Positions 63,623 through 64,000 of a stretch of 64,000 bases of DNA are shown here, in pieces. The position numbers were made by a program, and so were the translations under genes. The notes below the pieces were generated by a model, which saw nothing but the letters and a program-made list of their open reading frames with translations, was not told the DNA's origin and ran no database searches. The DNA lies in the IMG/VR virus record IMGVR_UViG_3300046517_002304, positions 186,001 through 250,000 of that record; one strand, written 5' to 3'. How positions within the stretch are numbered: the first letter of the stretch is position 1; each line of letters opens with the position of its first letter.

Positions 63623-64000
63623 TGCCATTTAAAAATAAAAGACAAATCAAAGCATGCTTCGCAGCACATGACCCAAAATGGAATTGCGAAAAATGGCTTA
63701 AAGTAACACCTAAAAATATTCCAGAGTCATTGTCATTTAAACAATGGTTGGAAGGCAAACATTTAACAGAAGCTACTAAGGAAGATTTCTGGGAACTAGG
63801 CAATCTTCAAAGAGATAGACCAGAGCACGCCATGCTTCAAGTTCAATATGCTATGGGAGGCGGAGTTATGAATCCTGTCATAGAACATGTCGGCGATTTA
63901 ATTCACAGAATGACAGAGCGCCCTACTTGGAGCTATGCGGGATATGAGTATGTAAAAAATAAAGTAGAAAAAACTCTTAGGTGGCTTACAAATGGGTATG
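63622..64000 (+). CDS. Hypothetical protein, 3'-partial
   Basis: Absent from the track. ATG overlaps the previous TAA: MPFKNKRQIKACFAAHDPKWNCEKW...SLSFKQWLEGKHLTE..., open to the window end. Confidence 0.65.
   Translation, partial: MPFKNKRQIKACFAAHDPKWNCEKWLKVTPKNIPESLSFKQWLEGKHLTEATKEDFWELGNLQRDRPEHAMLQVQYAMGGGVMNPVIEHVGDLIHRMTERPTWSYAGYEYVKNKVEKTLRWLTNGY

Noticed and set aside
1-64000. Stop-codon reassignment (code 15 or 4), as in some jumbo phages
   Set aside because: Long conserved ORFs are intact in the standard code, and TAG and TGA end genes at sensible positions (e.g. 2280, 61593).
1-64000. tRNA, rRNA, intron, intein or homing endonuclease genes
   Set aside because: Intergenic gaps are mostly under 100 nt with no cloverleaf seen by eye, and recognisable enzymes are of normal length without intein or HNH/GIY-YIG/LAGLIDADG motifs. 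A tRNAscan/Infernal run would be needed to be sure.

Overview
This is an AT-rich, densely coded segment of a large tailed dsDNA phage with a contractile tail (T4-like/jumbo myovirus type), read in the standard genetic code. No capsid, portal, sheath or large terminase gene lies in the window. The minus strand carries a near-complete tail/baseplate module: tape measure, tube initiator, gp53/LysM-like, hub, gp5-like spike, gp25, gp6/J-like, gp7/I-like, fibre-attachment protein and three paralogous PKD-domain fibre-like proteins. It also carries a gp2-like DNA end protector. Replication and nucleotide genes include a primase, a Cas4-like nuclease, a dCMP deaminase, an NDT-like glycosidase, PyrB and Adk. 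Other genes are three DNA methyltransferases of different families, an actin-like ATPase, RtcB, a Pol-beta-type nucleotidyltransferase, GlpX, an IscA-like protein, four proteases and a glycosyltransferase island. Two features stand out. (1) At least ten unrelated proteins start with an M-x(0-3)-F-x-x-[WFY] motif, usually FxxWL/FxxFL followed by Glu, resembling the T4 capsid-targeting sequence; their bodies include two ADP-ribosyltransferase-fold domains, a zincin and a Nudix hydrolase. This suggests a head-packaged, injected effector set. (2) A T4-late-like TA(A/T/C/G)ATA element sits exactly 4 nt before the ATG of eleven genes, which implies leaderless late mRNAs. All family calls come from motif recognition by eye; no database search was run.
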